Shown in pieces: positions 37,811 to 46,918 of a DNA stretch of 59,722 nucleotides; position 1 is the stretch's first letter; every line of letters begins with the position of its first letter. The notes under the pieces were generated by a model. It made no database searches. It had not been told where the DNA came from and worked only from the letters and a program-made list of their open reading frames with translations. A program made the translations under genes and the position numbers. Origin of the DNA: an uncultured Aminicenantes bacterium (GTDB lineage Bacteria > Acidobacteriota > Aminicenantia > UBA2199); contig CBDAFS010000050.1 in assembly GCA_965195285.1 (NCBI GenBank), positions 1-59,722 of the forward strand. The letters are read 5' to 3'.

Positions 37811-38809
37811 TCATTCCAGGCGTACTCTTCCACTTTTTTTCTTCTTCTTCCAGAATTTCCACCAATTTTTCCTTTTTTCAATACTTTCTATACTTGAAAG
37901 TGCTGAATGTTTAATCATTAATAAATATTGCATTTGTGACTTGTCTTCTGTTTCTAGAGTTAATTCTTCTGCTTCTTCTATTAAAGACAGGGTTTCATAG
38001 GGCGAAGATTGATCCATTGCTTTTTTTGCCAAATTTACTATTTGTACTGTTTTTTGCAGATTAATACTTTTTTTCAAAGCCTCTTGATCGTTTAGTTCGC
38101 GACATAAATTCTCATGTTCTTTGCATTTTAATAATGCTTTGTCCAGTTGGGTTTGTCTTTTAAGTATTACTGCTTGATTGTAAAAACTGTTTGCCAAATC
38201 TTTTTTATTTTCTAACTCTTTGCATATTTCCTCTTGCTGCTTGAATAAACTCAATGCAGTATCGAGTTCATCACGATTAAATAGAATACCTGCCTGATTT
38301 CCAAAGCTTTTCTGCAAACCGTCTTTGCTTCCCAATTCTCTGCATATTTTTTCCTGTTCTTTACACATATCCATAGCTTCATCCAATTTACCACTTTTTA
38401 TAAGTGTGGTCACTTGATCGCCAATACAAACCTGCAAATTATTTTTAATTCCCATCTCTCTGCATATTTTTTCCTGTTTTTTAAACAAATCCATCGCATC
38501 ATCTAGCTCACCCTTTTCGAAAAGAATTAGTGCATGCTTTCCTATGCAACTTTGTAATCCATTCTTGTTTCTATTATTCCAGTATATTTTTTCTTGTTTT
38601 TTACACAAATCTATCGCAGAATCAAACTCTCCTCGCTTTATATGAATCAGAATTTGGTAATCAGATAACTTTTCAATAAATAATTCTTTTTCATTTATTG
38701 TTAAATCATAATCATTCAGATGCTTTTGAGGATCAGAATTAAAAGATTTTATAAATTCAGGATCTTTGCTTAAACGATCAATAAGTTTTTGCATTTCTTC
38801 TTGCGACAT
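37811..38809 (-). CDS. TPR-repeat protein with NHLP/Os1348-like N-terminal domain
   Basis: Five 40-aa repeats (G.LD.A..L.K.QEKICRELG.K..LQ...G.Q); N-terminus MSQEEMQKLIDRLSKDPEF...DPQKHLNDYDLT; AGGAG RBS. Confidence 0.85.
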   Translation of the reverse strand: MSQEEMQKLIDRLSKDPEFIKSFNSDPQKHLNDYDLTINEKELFIEKLSDYQILIHIKRGEFDSAIDLCKKQEKIYWNNRNKNGLQSCIGKHALILFEKGELDDAMDLFKKQEKICREMGIKNNLQVCIGDQVTTLIKSGKLDEAMDMCKEQEKICRELGSKDGLQKSFGNQAGILFNRDELDTALSLFKQQEEICKELENKKDLANSFYNQAVILKRQTQLDKALLKCKEHENLCRELNDQEALKKSINLQKTVQIVNLAKKAMDQSSPYETLSLIEEAEELTLETEDKSQMQYLLMIKHSALSSIESIEKRKNWWKFWKKKKKSGRVRLE

Positions 38810-38911
38810 TTTAATCTCCTAGAATTTTTTTTTTAATATTTTCAAGTTTCAATTAATAGTCCCTCTTTTATTAAATCTTAAAAAATAAAAATTACAAAGT
38901 CAACCATCTGT

Positions 38912-39142
38912 ATGGGTTGCATACAGTGGAATCGAATAAAATCTATAACAGGAATTAAAGGTCGTTTTTATAATATTCGTCACACATTTGCAACTCACCT
39001 TATTAAGAATGGATGTAACATAAAAAACATCAGCGCGCTCCTTGGCCATTCATCTGTTACAACCACAGAAATTTACGCTCAGGTGGTTAATGAAGATAAG
39101 GAAAAAATCATTGGATTTCTATCTGAAAGTTATAAAGATTAA
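38912..39142 (+). pseudogene. Tyrosine integrase, C-terminal fragment
   Basis: RFYNIRHTFATHL...LLGHSSVTTTEIY; only 76 aa, and the first His of HxxR is replaced by Tyr. Confidence 0.9.
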
Positions 39143-39221
39143 TTTTTGGACAAACTTTGACCAAAAGAACGGATGATTTTATTGACTATGAAAAGGCTGG
39201 AAACGATGATTATGAACGGAA

Positions 39222-39293
39222 CAGCGCTACGGGGAATCGAACCCCGGTTTGATGACTGAGAATCACCCGTCCTAACCCCTAGACGATAGCGCC
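39222..39293 (-). tRNA. tRNA-Glu(CTC)
   Basis: GGCGCTA/TAGCGCT acceptor stem, anticodon loop TTCTCAG, T-loop GTTCGATTC; CCA not encoded. Confidence 0.95.
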
Positions 39294-39309
39294 ACATGAA
39301 GAAAAAGAA

Positions 39310-39384
39310 TGGCTGGGAAGCAGGGACTTGAACCCCAATCCTATGATCCAGAGTCATATGTCTTGCCAATTAGACGACTTCCCA
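39310..39384 (-). tRNA. tRNA-Gln(CTG)
   Basis: TGGGAAG...CTTCCCAGCCA, anticodon loop CTCTGGA, T-loop GTTCAAGTC; CCA encoded. Confidence 0.95.
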
Positions 39385-39396
39385 GCGCAGTTGTTT

Positions 39397-39424
39397 ATTA
39401 TACAATAAATTACTCTGAAGTCAA
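39397..39424 (-). promoter_or_regulatory. Sigma-70 promoter of the tRNA operon
   Basis: TTGACT-N16-TATAAT just upstream of tRNA-Gln. Confidence 0.7.
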
Positions 39425-39487
39425 GAGAGGATACGGGTATTAAACTTGACCGGTTTTCAGCAAGGCAAAAACCATTTGATTATAGAA

Positions 39488-39760
39488 TTACCTGGCTTTT
39501 TTTTTCTTCTCTTTGATGTTCAGTTTTCTCATCTTGGCAGAGATGGTATTCCGGTGCAGTTTGATATCCAGAGATATTTTGGAAATATTGTAATCATATT
39601 TATCCAAAATTGCCTGCAGCATGGTTTTTTCAAACTCATCTATGACTTCTTTGAAGTAGAGCTTTGACTGGGATGCCTTGTAGGCCAGGAGTTTCATTTC
39701 CTTTTTAATGGTTAAACCTTCAAACTGTTCAGCCAGTTCTATTATTCTCTTGTCTGTCAT
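39488..39760 (-). CDS. Fis-type HTH protein
   Basis: FEKTMLQAILDKYDYNISKISLDIKLHRNTISAKM. Confidence 0.8.
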   Translation of the reverse strand: MTDKRIIELAEQFEGLTIKKEMKLLAYKASQSKLYFKEVIDEFEKTMLQAILDKYDYNISKISLDIKLHRNTISAKMRKLNIKEKKKKAR

Positions 39761-40253
39761 GGTCAAAAAAATAGTTAAATTTTTGTTTTAATTTTTCAGG
39801 GAACAAATTAATAAACACCTGAATGGTCTGAATAACATAAGGGGATAGTCTTGATTTCACCACTAATTGTTCATCTAGCGGAAATGAAACCAGTCCAAAT
39901 AACAGTATGGCGGATATTAGAATTCCCCTGAGCAATCCGAAACCACCGCCTAATATTCGATCAATCGATCTCAAGGGCCCTATGATAAACAGTTTCTTAA
40001 TCATATAGGTCACCAGAGATCCGATAACCAATATGGATATGAATATTAGCATAAAACCCACAAAATCGGCTACATTTCTATTCTTTATCTGTTTTAAAAA
40101 CAGGTTCCCGGCCTCAAAATAATACAAAAATGAGAGAATTACTGCAAAAATGAAAAATACCAGTGAAAAGAGTTCCCGAACAAATCCCTTTAAAATGCCG
40201 AATATAATGGATAATGAAATAACAATCAAAAAAGCAATATCCAGTATATTCAT
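39729..40253 (-). CDS. cvpA: CvpA family membrane protein
   Basis: MNILDI, GILKGFVRE and DRILGGGFGLLRG; adjacent to purC. Confidence 0.88.
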   Translation of the reverse strand: MNILDIAFLIVISLSIIFGILKGFVRELFSLVFFIFAVILSFLYYFEAGNLFLKQIKNRNVADFVGFMLIFISILVIGSLVTYMIKKLFIIGPLRSIDRILGGGFGLLRGILISAILLFGLVSFPLDEQLVVKSRLSPYVIQTIQVFINLFPEKLKQKFNYFFDHDRQENNRTG

Positions 40254-40260
40254 GGTCTGA

Positions 40261-41145
40261 TCACAAGGTTCTTCCAGTGAGAATTTCAAATATCTCCAAA
40301 TATTTTTCCCTGGTTTTCTTTATAATATCCTGGGGAAGCTGCGGCGGGATAGACTTTCGATCCCATTCCGAATGTAGCAAATAGTTTCTGACAAACTGTT
40401 TATCGAAAGCAGGCGGCTCCTGGCCGGGTGAATAATCTTCTGATTTCCAGAAACGGGAAGAATCCGGAGTGAATATTTCATCTATCAGAACCAGCTGTCC
40501 GGATTCATCCAGGCCGAACTCAAATTTGGTATCGGCAATGATAATTCCTTTTTGTCTGGCAAAGGCACTGGCCTTTTCAAAAAGTTCCATCGACAAATCC
40601 TTTATTTTTAACGTAATTTCACTGCCAATTAAATTTTTCATTACATCCAGGGTGATATTTTCATCATGACCGACATCGGCTTTGGTGGTGGGCGTAAAAA
40701 TAGTTTCAGGAAGTTGATCGGCAAAATTTAATCCGGGTGAAATGGGAATACCACAAATCTCACCGCTGGCCTGATAGGACTTCCATCCGGATCCCACCAC
40801 ATAAGCCCTGATAATGGCTTCAATTGGCAATGATTTTAACTTCTTGGTCAGGACTGATCTTCCGGAAATCTGTGAGTTAAACGTTTTAAATTCCTCCAGA
40901 TTTTCCGGTTCATCACAGATGATATGGTTGGGGATAAAATCCCGGGTAAATTGAAACCAGAAAGTCGATATTTGATTTAAAACCTTGCCTTTATCCGGGA
41001 TCAGGGATGGAAGTACAAAATCAAATGCAGAAATTCGATCAGAGGAAACAATCAGCAGGCGGCCATCCGTTTCGTAAACATCCCTGACCTTACCGCTTTT
41101 AAATTTCTTCAAAGGAATATCAACCTGCCCGATTCCAGCATTCAT
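40261..41145 (-). CDS. purC: Phosphoribosylaminoimidazolesuccinocarboxamide synthase
   Basis: GKVRDVY, SDRISAFD, ADTKFEFG, TPDSSRFW and DKQFVR. Confidence 0.97.
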   Translation of the reverse strand: MNAGIGQVDIPLKKFKSGKVRDVYETDGRLLIVSSDRISAFDFVLPSLIPDKGKVLNQISTFWFQFTRDFIPNHIICDEPENLEEFKTFNSQISGRSVLTKKLKSLPIEAIIRAYVVGSGWKSYQASGEICGIPISPGLNFADQLPETIFTPTTKADVGHDENITLDVMKNLIGSEITLKIKDLSMELFEKASAFARQKGIIIADTKFEFGLDESGQLVLIDEIFTPDSSRFWKSEDYSPGQEPPAFDKQFVRNYLLHSEWDRKSIPPQLPQDIIKKTREKYLEIFEILTGRTL

Positions 41146-41192
41146 GCTGCCCTCCTTATGGTTATCTTCTATTTCTTGTATTTATTCAATCT

Positions 41193-43385
41193 TCACAAAA
41201 TTGAATAACCGACAATCAACCCGGCCACTACAATAGATATCATACTCATGAGCTTGATCAATATATTCAAAGAAGGCCCTGAGGTATCTTTGAGCGGGTC
41301 ACCTACTGTATCTCCCACTACACTGGCCTTATGAGCCGGAGACCCCTTGCCGCCCAGGTTCCCCTGTTCAATGAATTTCTTGGCATTATCCCAGCTACCA
41401 CCCGCATTGGCCATGAAAATTGCCAGAATGAATCCCGATCCCAGCGCACCGACCAGAAGCCCCATCACTCCCGGTACCCCCAGCAGGATTCCGGTTAAAA
41501 TGGGCGTGATGATGGCCAATGATGATGGCAGGATCATTTCCCGCTGAGCTCCCCGTATGGATATTTCCACGCAGGAAGCATAGTCCGGAGTGGTCTTCCC
41601 TTCCAGTATACCTTTGATCTCACGGAATTGCCTTCTGACTTCATCAACCATTGTTGAAGCGACTTTTCCAACCGCCTTCATGGTTAATCCCGAGAACACA
41701 AATGACATCATAGATCCGATAAATACACCGACAATGACTTTGGGGTTCATTAAATTGACCTTGAATACTTCCATGAAATTTTCAATGGTCAGCTGATCAA
41801 CCTGTTCAATGTTAGAAAACACCTTTCCCAACCCCACCACCACTGTTTCACCTTTATCTATGATATGCCTCATTCCAGCTTTAACCTCTTCAATATAGGC
41901 AGCCAGCAGCGCCAGGGCAGTCAAGGCGGCCGAACCGATAGCAAATCCTTTTCCGGTAGCAGCTGTGGTATTTCCCAGGGAATCCAGGGCATCTGTTCTT
42001 TCCCTGACCACTTTATCCAACCCGGCCATTTCCGCATTTCCACCGGCATTATCGGCAATCGGTCCATAGGCATCAGTAGCCAGGGTAATACCCAGGGTTG
42101 AAAGCATTCCCACTGCTGCCACGCCGATGCCATAGAGTCCTATTATGGCATTATTAAACCCGCCGGCAAATGCAAAAGCACCTATAATCCCGCAAGCAAC
42201 GGTTATAACCGGTATTGCTGTTGAAATCATTCCCGATGATAATCCGGCAATAATCACTGTAGCTTCACCTGTTTTGGTTTTTTTAGCCACCTCCATGGTC
42301 GGTTTGAAGCTGGCAGAGGTGTAGTATTCCACACTTTTCCCTACGATGACCCCGACCGCTAAACCCACCACAATGGAACCGAATATGCCCAGGTTCTGAG
42401 GAAGCAGCAGCTTGACCGAAACAAAAGAACCAATAATGATAATCAACGAACTGACATTAATCCCCACTCCCAGAGAACTTAGCAGTTGTTTCTGGGTTGC
42501 CCCCTCCTTGGTCTTCACCAGGTATATACCCAATATTGAGGCCAGGATTCCGATACCGGCAATGACCATAGGCAGTACAACCGCATTGTATGCCAGGGAC
42601 GGGTTCAACAGGACGTAAGCGGCTGCTCCCAGAGCTGCAGATGAAAGAATTGCACCGGTATAGGACTCGTAGAGATCTGCACCCATACCCGCCACATCTC
42701 CCACATTGTCTCCGACATTATCGGCAATGGTTGCCGGATTTCGGGGATCATCCTCGGGGATACCAGCCTCTACTTTCCCCACCAGGTCAGCACCCACATC
42801 TGCGGCTTTGGTGTAAATACCGCCGCCAACCCGGGCAAACAGCGCCTGGAGCGAGGCACCCATTCCAAAAGAAAGCATTGTTATTGTGGTAATCACCAGG
42901 CTGTTTTTCAGCCATACATGCAACACAATAAACCATAAACTGACATCCAGGAGAGCCAGACCAACCACAACCAAACCCATTACGGCTCCGCTCCTGAAGG
43001 CAACCCTCAGGGCTTTGTCCAGTGAATCACGGGCCTGATTGGCTGTCCTGGCCGAGGCCAGAGTAGCTGTTGTCATTCCAATAAATCCGGCCAGGCCGGA
43101 GAAAAATCCCCCGGTTAAAAAGGCAAAGGGTGTCCATAGAGATTGTACCTTTAAAACAAAGGATAAAAAGACCAGAAACAATGCAGCAAAAAAGAAAAAT
43201 ATAACGACAATTTTATATTGCTGCTTGATATAGGCTCTGGCTCCCTTTCGGACAGCCTCGGCAATCTCGACCATTTTTTCATTACCTTCAGACAGCTTCA
43301 TAACATTTCGATAAAACCCATACGCAAAGGCCAGTGCAATAATAGCGGAAACAGGTGCAATTGAAAACACAATGATGTTTTCCAT
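41193..43385 (-). CDS. hppA: Membrane-bound K+-dependent sodium-translocating pyrophosphatase
   Basis: [29 protein letters not shown] and [10 protein letters not shown]; start after AGGAGG. Confidence 0.96.
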   Translation of the reverse strand: MENIIVFSIAPVSAIIALAFAYGFYRNVMKLSEGNEKMVEIAEAVRKGARAYIKQQYKIVVIFFFFAALFLVFLSFVLKVQSLWTPFAFLTGGFFSGLAGFIGMTTATLASARTANQARDSLDKALRVAFRSGAVMGLVVVGLALLDVSLWFIVLHVWLKNSLVITTITMLSFGMGASLQALFARVGGGIYTKAADVGADLVGKVEAGIPEDDPRNPATIADNVGDNVGDVAGMGADLYESYTGAILSSAALGAAAYVLLNPSLAYNAVVLPMVIAGIGILASILGIYLVKTKEGATQKQLLSSLGVGINVSSLIIIIGSFVSVKLLLPQNLGIFGSIVVGLAVGVIVGKSVEYYTSASFKPTMEVAKKTKTGEATVIIAGLSSGMISTAIPVITVACGIIGAFAFAGGFNNAIIGLYGIGVAAVGMLSTLGITLATDAYGPIADNAGGNAEMAGLDKVVRERTDALDSLGNTTAATGKGFAIGSAALTALALLAAYIEEVKAGMRHIIDKGETVVVGLGKVFSNIEQVDQLTIENFMEVFKVNLMNPKVIVGVFIGSMMSFVFSGLTMKAVGKVASTMVDEVRRQFREIKGILEGKTTPDYASCVEISIRGAQREMILPSSLAIITPILTGILLGVPGVMGLLVGALGSGFILAIFMANAGGSWDNAKKFIEQGNLGGKGSPAHKASVVGDTVGDPLKDTSGPSLNILIKLMSMISIVVAGLIVGYSIL

Positions 43386-43499
43386 TAACAAACCTCCTAG
43401 TGATTGATTCAATTCCTGGGAAAGGAAAGATAAATTTTAATCGATTCGCCCCCTGTTGTCAACAACAAAATTGGTGAACGATGAAGATCTCAAAGTAGA

Positions 43500-44132
43500 T
43501 TATTTCTTGAAGAGCAGGAACTTCAATATAGCCACATAATCCCTGAAAATGAGCCGGATATTTCTCAACCGCTGCTTGATACTTCGAGCTCTGTAAACTT
43601 CTGAAATAGGCATTTCGGCAATTCTGAAGTCTTCATAACCGAGGTAGTTGAGTATCATTTGGCTTCTTTTTTGATGATATGGTGAAGTACAAATAATAAT
43701 GTTTTTAAAATCCTGCTTCTTTATGATATTCAAACTATTTTTGCAGCTTTCAAATGTATTCTGGCTCTTTCCTTCGAAAAAAATATGGGATTCGTCAACC
43801 TGACGTTTTAGAAGGTATTGCTTGATCTTCTTGATGGCCGGACTGCCCCGGTACAGAGAGCCATCCGAAAGGATGATACTTCTCTGTTTCTGGTGGTAAA
43901 GACCGACCGCCAGATTCAAGCGCTCTTCGGTACTGAAACCTATGACCACCTGAGGTCGTAACCCGCCCCCCAGAATCAGTATGGCATCTCCGTAATCAGG
44001 ATGGATCTCCTGGCCAATATCAAGCGGAGTTAAAAAAATTTTATAAATATTGCTTAAAATCATTACCCCTGCACATATTATCAAAATACACAAGAAAACG
44101 ATCAATTTTCTTTTCATGATTTCAGAGATCAA
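43500..44132 (-). CDS. YdcF/DUF218 family protein
   Basis: AILILGGG, EGKSQNTFE and TSPYHQKRS. Confidence 0.88.
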   Translation of the reverse strand: MISEIMKRKLIVFLCILIICAGVMILSNIYKIFLTPLDIGQEIHPDYGDAILILGGGLRPQVVIGFSTEERLNLAVGLYHQKQRSIILSDGSLYRGSPAIKKIKQYLLKRQVDESHIFFEGKSQNTFESCKNSLNIIKKQDFKNIIICTSPYHQKRSQMILNYLGYEDFRIAEMPISEVYRARSIKQRLRNIRLIFRDYVAILKFLLFKK

Positions 44133-44222
44133 AATATTATTATGGTGCCCTCACCATTTTCCCCGATTGATTGTATTCCATATTGACAGGAGTTGCAAGG
44201 AAAAAATAATGAGGAAATATTA

Positions 44223-45107
44223 TCAATCCCTGAGAGCCATTCGTTTCCTTAACATGAAACTGATTCCAATTCCAATCTCAAAGATATTCATGATGGTCAG
44301 TAGCAGTATGCCCAGATAAGGTAAAAATTTCAGCAACGTATAAAACACAACCCCGATGAGCAGTAAAATGGAAGGAGATATGCTGGTAGCCCTGAGGGAA
44401 TTCGAAATTCTGGTACCGATATACAAAAACATAACGGTCCTGCCAAATATCAGAATCAAAAAGTAAACCAGTATCAAGGCCAGCAGCATAGGAATTCCAA
44501 TGATCAAAAAAGTTAGGACAATAAAAACGATCAGTAAAAACAAAGAAACGAATATGGACACCAGCCCGATTATTCCGATTTTAGAAATGTTTTTATCAAA
44601 CATTTCCATGGCCTGATTGATCTTTTGGGGGAAAATAGCCAGAACCACCAGGGTCAGCATTAACCAGAATATGATTTTGAGTATTCGAAGGAAAGCGATG
44701 GTTTTAGAGTCGCTGATAATGGGGATCAGTGTACTTTCAATCTTTTTCAGATCAAAACGGAAATAAAAGAACTCTCCGTTGACCCTGCTCATGACATCCC
44801 GTTTCAATTCTCCGCCAATAACCAGAAGTTCTCCCTTGATCCGGGCATTTTTCCCGATTTTCACTTCCGAACCAAAGCAAATCACATCTTCTTTTACTTC
44901 ACCGTCCAGATTCAAATGGCCGCCGATCATGATAATTGATTTTGCGACTACACCTTTAATATCGATCTGGCCACCCAGGGAAACTATATTATCCGGATGG
45001 GTTGATCCTTCCAGTACTACCAATTTCTTTTTTACTTTCAAATCAGAACCGGAATACAAATTAAAGGCAACTGCCATAACCACCAACAACCATAAAAATT
45101 TTTTCAT
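44223..45107 (-). CDS. Membrane protein with bactofilin-like beta-solenoid N-terminus
   Basis: Repeated GG.I.I.G.V units followed by several TM helices; third gene of the ECF operon. Confidence 0.75.
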   Translation of the reverse strand: MKKFLWLLVVMAVAFNLYSGSDLKVKKKLVVLEGSTHPDNIVSLGGQIDIKGVVAKSIIMIGGHLNLDGEVKEDVICFGSEVKIGKNARIKGELLVIGGELKRDVMSRVNGEFFYFRFDLKKIESTLIPIISDSKTIAFLRILKIIFWLMLTLVVLAIFPQKINQAMEMFDKNISKIGIIGLVSIFVSLFLLIVFIVLTFLIIGIPMLLALILVYFLILIFGRTVMFLYIGTRISNSLRATSISPSILLLIGVVFYTLLKFLPYLGILLLTIMNIFEIGIGISFMLRKRMALRD

Positions 45108-45144
45108 TTTCCTCTTTCCTCCAGCTGCCAAGCGATTCTCCAGG

Positions 45145-45705
45145 TCATATTTTTTGCTTTCCGGATCGTTTCACCAATAGCAGGTATAATGCATAAACCA
45201 AAATCATGGACAAAATCAAGACCGAAAAACCGAATATTTCGATTCCGATATTCACATTAAAAATTATTTCAAAGAATTTATTGATGGACTTGTAAATGGC
45301 ATAAACCGATGAAAATATATTGGATATAATCTTGATCACCTGGCCAATCCAATTGGAAGTGCTATTGGAAGTTAATTTTAGTGCCTGGATAAGGCTGTTA
45401 TTGGAAAAATCAAAATAAATGTATATCCAAGACACCAGCAATACCATACTGGCAGTGATCAGGGCAAATATCGAGGAATAGGTCGGTAATTTTACAACAA
45501 TTTTCTTCATGACATTTTTCACTATTTGAGGGGGTGGTTCCGTATATACTGGATCAGCCAGACCATTCTCCACCTGCACATACTGCTGGTATTTCAACTG
45601 GCACTTCTTACATACGATTAGATGATCCCGAATTCTCGATGCTTCTACCGAACTGAGGCCCTTCTCAAGGTATTGTTGAATCTTTTCATCACGTAAACAT
45701 TCCAT
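45145..45705 (-). CDS. Zinc-finger (ZAS) anti-sigma factor
   Basis: C...HLIVCKKC (HxxxCxxC), TM helices; overlaps the sigma gene. Confidence 0.88.
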   Translation of the reverse strand: MECLRDEKIQQYLEKGLSSVEASRIRDHLIVCKKCQLKYQQYVQVENGLADPVYTEPPPQIVKNVMKKIVVKLPTYSSIFALITASMVLLVSWIYIYFDFSNNSLIQALKLTSNSTSNWIGQVIKIISNIFSSVYAIYKSINKFFEIIFNVNIGIEIFGFSVLILSMILVYALYLLLVKRSGKQKI

Positions 45706-46264
45706 CTTTCTCGATCTCCTTTCTCAGTAACTCTTTGGCTTTGAAAATTCTGTTTTTTACCGTTCCCACGGGAAGCCCTGCAATTTCAGCGATCTCATCA
45801 TATTTCAACTCCTGCAGATAGCGCATCAATATGAGTTCCCTGTATTTCATGGGTATTTGGTCTACGGTCTTCCACAAATAGGTCTTCACCTCATCCTTTT
45901 CCAAATTATCGAAACCGTCTTCACTGATAAAATTTTTTGATTCGACCAGACGCTTCTGGGAAATATTATCACCATTCAGGGAATCCACATAGGCCTGATT
46001 TTTTCTGATATGATCAATGACCAGGTTATAGCAAATCCGATAGGCCCAGGTTGAGAATTTGTATTGAAAATTATACTTGTGAAGAACTGAAAAAATCTTA
46101 ATAAAAAAATCCTGGGACAACTCAATAGCCACTTCGTCATTTCGAACCATCCGGATCACGAAATTATAGATTTTTTTATTGTATTTTTTCATAAGTTCCT
46201 CAAAAGACGACCTGTTTCCATCAAGTATTTTTTTTATCAATACTTGATCATCATCCAATAACAT
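45689..46264 (-). CDS. ECF RNA polymerase sigma factor (SigW-like)
   Basis: KFSTWAYRI, YDEIAEI and PVGTVKNRIFKAK. Confidence 0.93.
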   Translation of the reverse strand: MLLDDDQVLIKKILDGNRSSFEELMKKYNKKIYNFVIRMVRNDEVAIELSQDFFIKIFSVLHKYNFQYKFSTWAYRICYNLVIDHIRKNQAYVDSLNGDNISQKRLVESKNFISEDGFDNLEKDEVKTYLWKTVDQIPMKYRELILMRYLQELKYDEIAEIAGLPVGTVKNRIFKAKELLRKEIEKDGMFT

Positions 46265-46265
46265 T

Positions 46266-46292
46266 TACGATATTTTCAGTAGAAAAGTTTTA
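46266..46292 (-). promoter_or_regulatory. Putative ECF autoregulatory promoter
   Basis: TAAAAC-N17-CGTA immediately before the sigma gene. Confidence 0.6.
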
Positions 46293-46303
46293 GAAGTCAT
46301 GTT

Positions 46304-46918
46304 TTAGTCCAGGTTTCCGTTAACAATTTCAACATCATCCGGAAGTGTGAGATCAAAATCCTTGTCGCTCAGCTTCACCTTGGCCTGATAGTTTTTAAAA
46401 TGGTACTCATATTTCACCCCCGAGACATCATGTTGAATGACCCTCTCCGGGAGTCCATTCGACCCGATATAAATCCGGAAATTCAGTTCTTCTTTTTCCG
46501 AATCAATGGAGATCATTTTTCCCCGGTCATAACAGGTAATGTACTCCGAAATCTCATCGGCAAATAACAGTTGCCAAATCCACCTCTGGTTCTTCCCAGC
46601 GATCTTTCCCTTCATCAGCTGGTTGTTTTCCCGATCGTAAAAACGATAAAGATTGTCAGTTAAAATAAAAACCTTGAAATCCGGGTCCAGATAGGTCCAT
46701 TTCAAACAGGTGCTATCCTTGAATAGAATTTCACCGGATTCTTGAATTTCCAGCTCTCCTTCCATATAAACCTGCTGCACAAAACCGACTTTGAAGGGTT
46801 TTATCTGGTTGAGGGCATGCCTGACCTGATTCAGCAAAGTCATCTCCACTGCTTCTGAACTGAAAAACAACGCGAATACCAACAATGCCATTGATTGCCA
46901 AGGGCATTTTCCCATCAC
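46304..46918 (-). CDS. lolA: Outer-membrane lipoprotein carrier LolA family
   Basis: [16 protein letters not shown] and [12 protein letters not shown]; signal peptide. Confidence 0.8.
   Translation of the reverse strand: MMGKCPWQSMALLVFALFFSSEAVEMTLLNQVRHALNQIKPFKVGFVQQVYMEGELEIQESGEILFKDSTCLKWTYLDPDFKVFILTDNLYRFYDRENNQLMKGKIAGKNQRWIWQLLFADEISEYITCYDRGKMISIDSEKEELNFRIYIGSNGLPERVIQHDVSGVKYEYHFKNYQAKVKLSDKDFDLTLPDDVEIVNGNLD

Larger units (their letters stand above)
30986..39265. mobile_element. Genomic island integrated at tRNA-Glu(CTC), integrase decayed
   Basis: 44-bp terminal direct repeats, integrase remnant beside the tRNA, visibly AT-richer sequence, internal transposase. Confidence 0.92.

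Noticed and set aside
37564-37881. 105-aa ORF with a TM segment downstream of the TPR gene
   Set aside because: It overlaps the TPR gene end and has no recognisable family. A GGAGG is followed by AAG rather than a start codon, so it may be a decayed gene, but I cannot support a call.
38908-38926. Hairpin ctgtatg-ggttg-catacag at the integrase truncation point as an IS end
   Set aside because: It is a single 7-bp stem with no second copy seen, which is insufficient evidence.
39139-39369. 76-aa minus-strand ORF
   Set aside because: It overlaps tRNA-Gln and tRNA-Glu and is a shadow ORF.
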